DNA of 64,000 nt from Brevundimonas sp. (GTDB lineage Bacteria > Pseudomonadota > Alphaproteobacteria > Caulobacterales > Caulobacteraceae): contig NZ_JAEMRO010000003.1 in the NCBI RefSeq assembly GCF_016463295.1, positions 5,474 through 69,473 on the forward strand, written 5' to 3'. The notes beneath the pieces were generated by a model. That model saw nothing but the letters and a program-made list of their open reading frames with translations, had not been told where the DNA came from and ran no database searches. The translations under genes and the position numbers were made by a program. Positions 60,370-64,000 of the stretch are shown in pieces. Position 1 is the stretch's first letter, and each line of letters starts with the position of its first letter.

Positions 60370-60409
60370 GCGCTAACGCTCGCCACGCGGTGGCTCGCTG
60401 CTTGAGCGC
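60370..60409 (-). repeat. CAA-bulge hairpin repeat, copy upstream of asd
   Basis: Minus strand GCGCT-CAA-GCAGCGAGCCAC-cgc-GTGGCGAGCGTT-AGCGC. Confidence 0.75.
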
Positions 60410-60568
60410 GGAATGTGCGGTGGTAGGAGGTCACTGCATGTAGGCCTTCGCAGGCGCGAAGCAACGGTTTTCAGATATCGAACGGCCAAGTTCGCGATTG
60501 GAAAGCATTTGCCGGCCTTATGTCCCCACCGGCTTCCCCCTCCCGCCGCGCGCCGCTAAGCGAGTGCC

Positions 60569-61672
60569 ATGACGTCCCGCATTCGTTCCGCCTATGACAT
60601 CCGCATCGAGGAAGGGGTCATCGCGCCCGATCCGGCCCAGGCTCCGCTGATCGCGGCGATGGAGCGGCTGGAGGAGGATCTGGCCAGGCGCGGCCTCTTC
60701 GGCGGACTGCCCGAGGTGCGGGGCCTTTACATCTGGGGCCCACCGGGGCGGGGCAAGTCCATGCTGATGGACCTGTTCGTCACCTCGACGCCCGAGCCGA
60801 AGAAGCTTCGCGCCCATTTCCACGCCTTCATGGCCCGTATCCACGACCTGGTCCGCCAGTGGCGCGAGGGGGATGCCAAGGCCCGCAAGGCTGTCTTCGG
60901 CACGCATAAGGGCGACGACCCTATCGCGCCAATCGCGGCCCTGATCGCCTCGGAGGCGCGGCTGCTGTGTTTCGACGAGCTTCAGGTCACCGACATCGCC
61001 GACGCCATGATCCTGGGGCGGCTGTTTGAGGCCCTCTTCGAGAAGAAGGTGGTGCTGGCCGTCACCTCCAACCGCGCGCCGGACCAGCTGTATCTGAACG
61101 GCATCAACCGCCAGCTGTTCGTGCCCTTCATCGAACAGATCGAGGCGCGGTGCGAGGTCGTCTCCCTGAACGGAGACCGCGACTGGCGCCTGCATCGTTT
61201 GACCGGCGGCAAGGTCTGGTTCTCGCCGGTGGACGAGGCGGCGCGACAGGGGTTCGAGGACCTGTGGTCCGACCTGCGCGGCGGCGAGCCGGAGGAGCCC
61301 GCGCACCTGACGGTGCTGGGACGCGATGTGGTCGTTGAGCGTACCGCCGGCAGCATGGCCCGCGCCACCTTCGCGGACCTTTGCGGCAGGCCGCTGGGCC
61401 CGCAGGACTATCTGGCCATAGCCGAGCGCTTCCATACCCTGTTCCTTGAGGATGTGCCGCTGCTCAGCCCCGCCAATCAGCAGGAGGCGCGGCGTCTCGT
61501 GACCCTGATCGACGCGCTCTATGAAGCCGGTACGCGGCTGGTGACGTTGGCGGCGGCCGCGCCCGAGAGCCTGTATCCCGAGGGTGTCGGGGCCTTCGAG
61601 TTCGAGCGCACCGCCTCGCGCCTGAACGAAATGCAGGCCGCCGACTGGATGACGCGCGAGCGTTCGGCCTAG
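60569..61672 (+). CDS. zapE: AFG1/ZapE family ATPase
   Basis: GLYIWGPPGRGKSMLMD, LCFDELQVTDIADAMIL, TSNRAP, FERTASRL. Confidence 0.92.
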   Translation: MTSRIRSAYDIRIEEGVIAPDPAQAPLIAAMERLEEDLARRGLFGGLPEVRGLYIWGPPGRGKSMLMDLFVTSTPEPKKLRAHFHAFMARIHDLVRQWREGDAKARKAVFGTHKGDDPIAPIAALIASEARLLCFDELQVTDIADAMILGRLFEALFEKKVVLAVTSNRAPDQLYLNGINRQLFVPFIEQIEARCEVVSLNGDRDWRLHRLTGGKVWFSPVDEAARQGFEDLWSDLRGGEPEEPAHLTVLGRDVVVERTAGSMARATFADLCGRPLGPQDYLAIAERFHTLFLEDVPLLSPANQQEARRLVTLIDALYEAGTRLVTLAAAAPESLYPEGVGAFEFERTASRLNEMQAADWMTRERSA

Positions 61673-61738
61673 GCTGGCCTTAATTCTGCTGGACCCTGCG
61701 GTGCACCGTTGTCGCCTGATATCACGAGAGATCCGCCC

Positions 61739-62251
61739 ATGCGCCTGCCCGCCTTGTTCGCCGCCCTCGCCCTGAGCGCCGCCTTGCCGACCGTGGCGCT
61801 GGCCCAAACGCCTGGGCCCGCCGCCGCGCCAGCCCCCGCCGTCGGCGTCACGGTTGCGGACGCCCGGACATGGCTGACCGGCCTGGGCGGATCGGTGGGG
61901 GAGCCGGAAGCCGTGACCGGGGCCCAGATCCTGCGCGTGGCCGACGAGCCCCTGCCGTGGAACCTGACCTTCTATGCCTGCACGACCCTGTGCGACGACC
62001 TGCAGTTCAGCGCGGTCTTCACGGGTCCGCTGACCATCGAGCAAGCCAATCAGTGGAACCTGCAAAGCCGTTATCTGAAAGCCGCCTTCTCCCCGGCACC
62101 CGCGACCGGCGGCGAGCCCAGCATCGTGCTGCAGTACGACGTCCTGTTGACCCAGACCGGCACCGCCCAGCTTCAGGAACCGACCGTGATCTGGCTCCAG
62201 CAGCTACGCGGCTTCGCCCAGATGCTGACCGGCCAACCGCCAGCCCAGTAA
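61739..62251 (+). CDS. Exported YbjN-like domain protein
   Basis: Signal peptide; W.L.FY.C..LC..LQF.A.F...NQWN...RY.KA pattern. Confidence 0.6.
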   Translation: MRLPALFAALALSAALPTVALAQTPGPAAAPAPAVGVTVADARTWLTGLGGSVGEPEAVTGAQILRVADEPLPWNLTFYACTTLCDDLQFSAVFTGPLTIEQANQWNLQSRYLKAAFSPAPATGGEPSIVLQYDVLLTQTGTAQLQEPTVIWLQQLRGFAQMLTGQPPAQ

Positions 62252-62260
62252 GCAAGATAA

Positions 62261-62286
62261 AAGGCCGCAGATCGCTCTGCGGCCTT
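62261..62286. terminator. Bidirectional terminator between the YbjN-like gene and mdh
   Basis: AAGGCCGCAGA-tcgc-TCTGCGGCCTT, 11-bp stem, flanked by A-rich and T-rich tracts. Confidence 0.75.
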
Positions 62287-62313
62287 CTTCTTTGAGCGGT
62301 ATCGCTCGCCTGC

Positions 62314-64000
<1,687 letters not shown>

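Overview
High-GC alphaproteobacterial chromosome segment. The gene content (divL with Tyr in place of the phospho-His, UrcA-family protein, sdhCDAB-fdx, RpoH/CIRCE/ROSE heat-shock signals) points to Caulobacteraceae, most likely Brevundimonas; this is inference, not a database result. About 68 real genes, almost all housekeeping: hslV (partial), fabA-fabB-fabI, ffh-rpsP-rimM, ppc, murI, ahpCD, sdhCDAB, divL, rlmN, ibpA, gpmA, PMM/PGM, pgi, groESL, asd, zapE, mdh. No tRNA, rRNA, CRISPR array, transposase, integrase or prophage gene was seen. Most long ORFs in the track are antisense or shadow frames. Best observations: (1) both canonical heme-b axial histidines of the succinate dehydrogenase anchor are replaced (SdhC His->Leu, SdhD His->Phe) while the quinone-site Ser/Arg/Tyr remain, suggesting a naturally heme-less complex II, transcribed with a 2Fe-2S ferredoxin and an intact single-domain PilZ protein that appears to start at CTG; (2) four copies of a 30-40 nt hairpin with covarying stems and an invariant CAA bulge, all in the sense orientation of the adjacent gene; (3) three copies of a 7-nt-periodic (AGGNNNN) inverted-repeat element between co-oriented genes; (4) a reductase-less RibD-like deaminase, tandem exported methyltransferases, and a 50-aa protein below the ORF-track cutoff.
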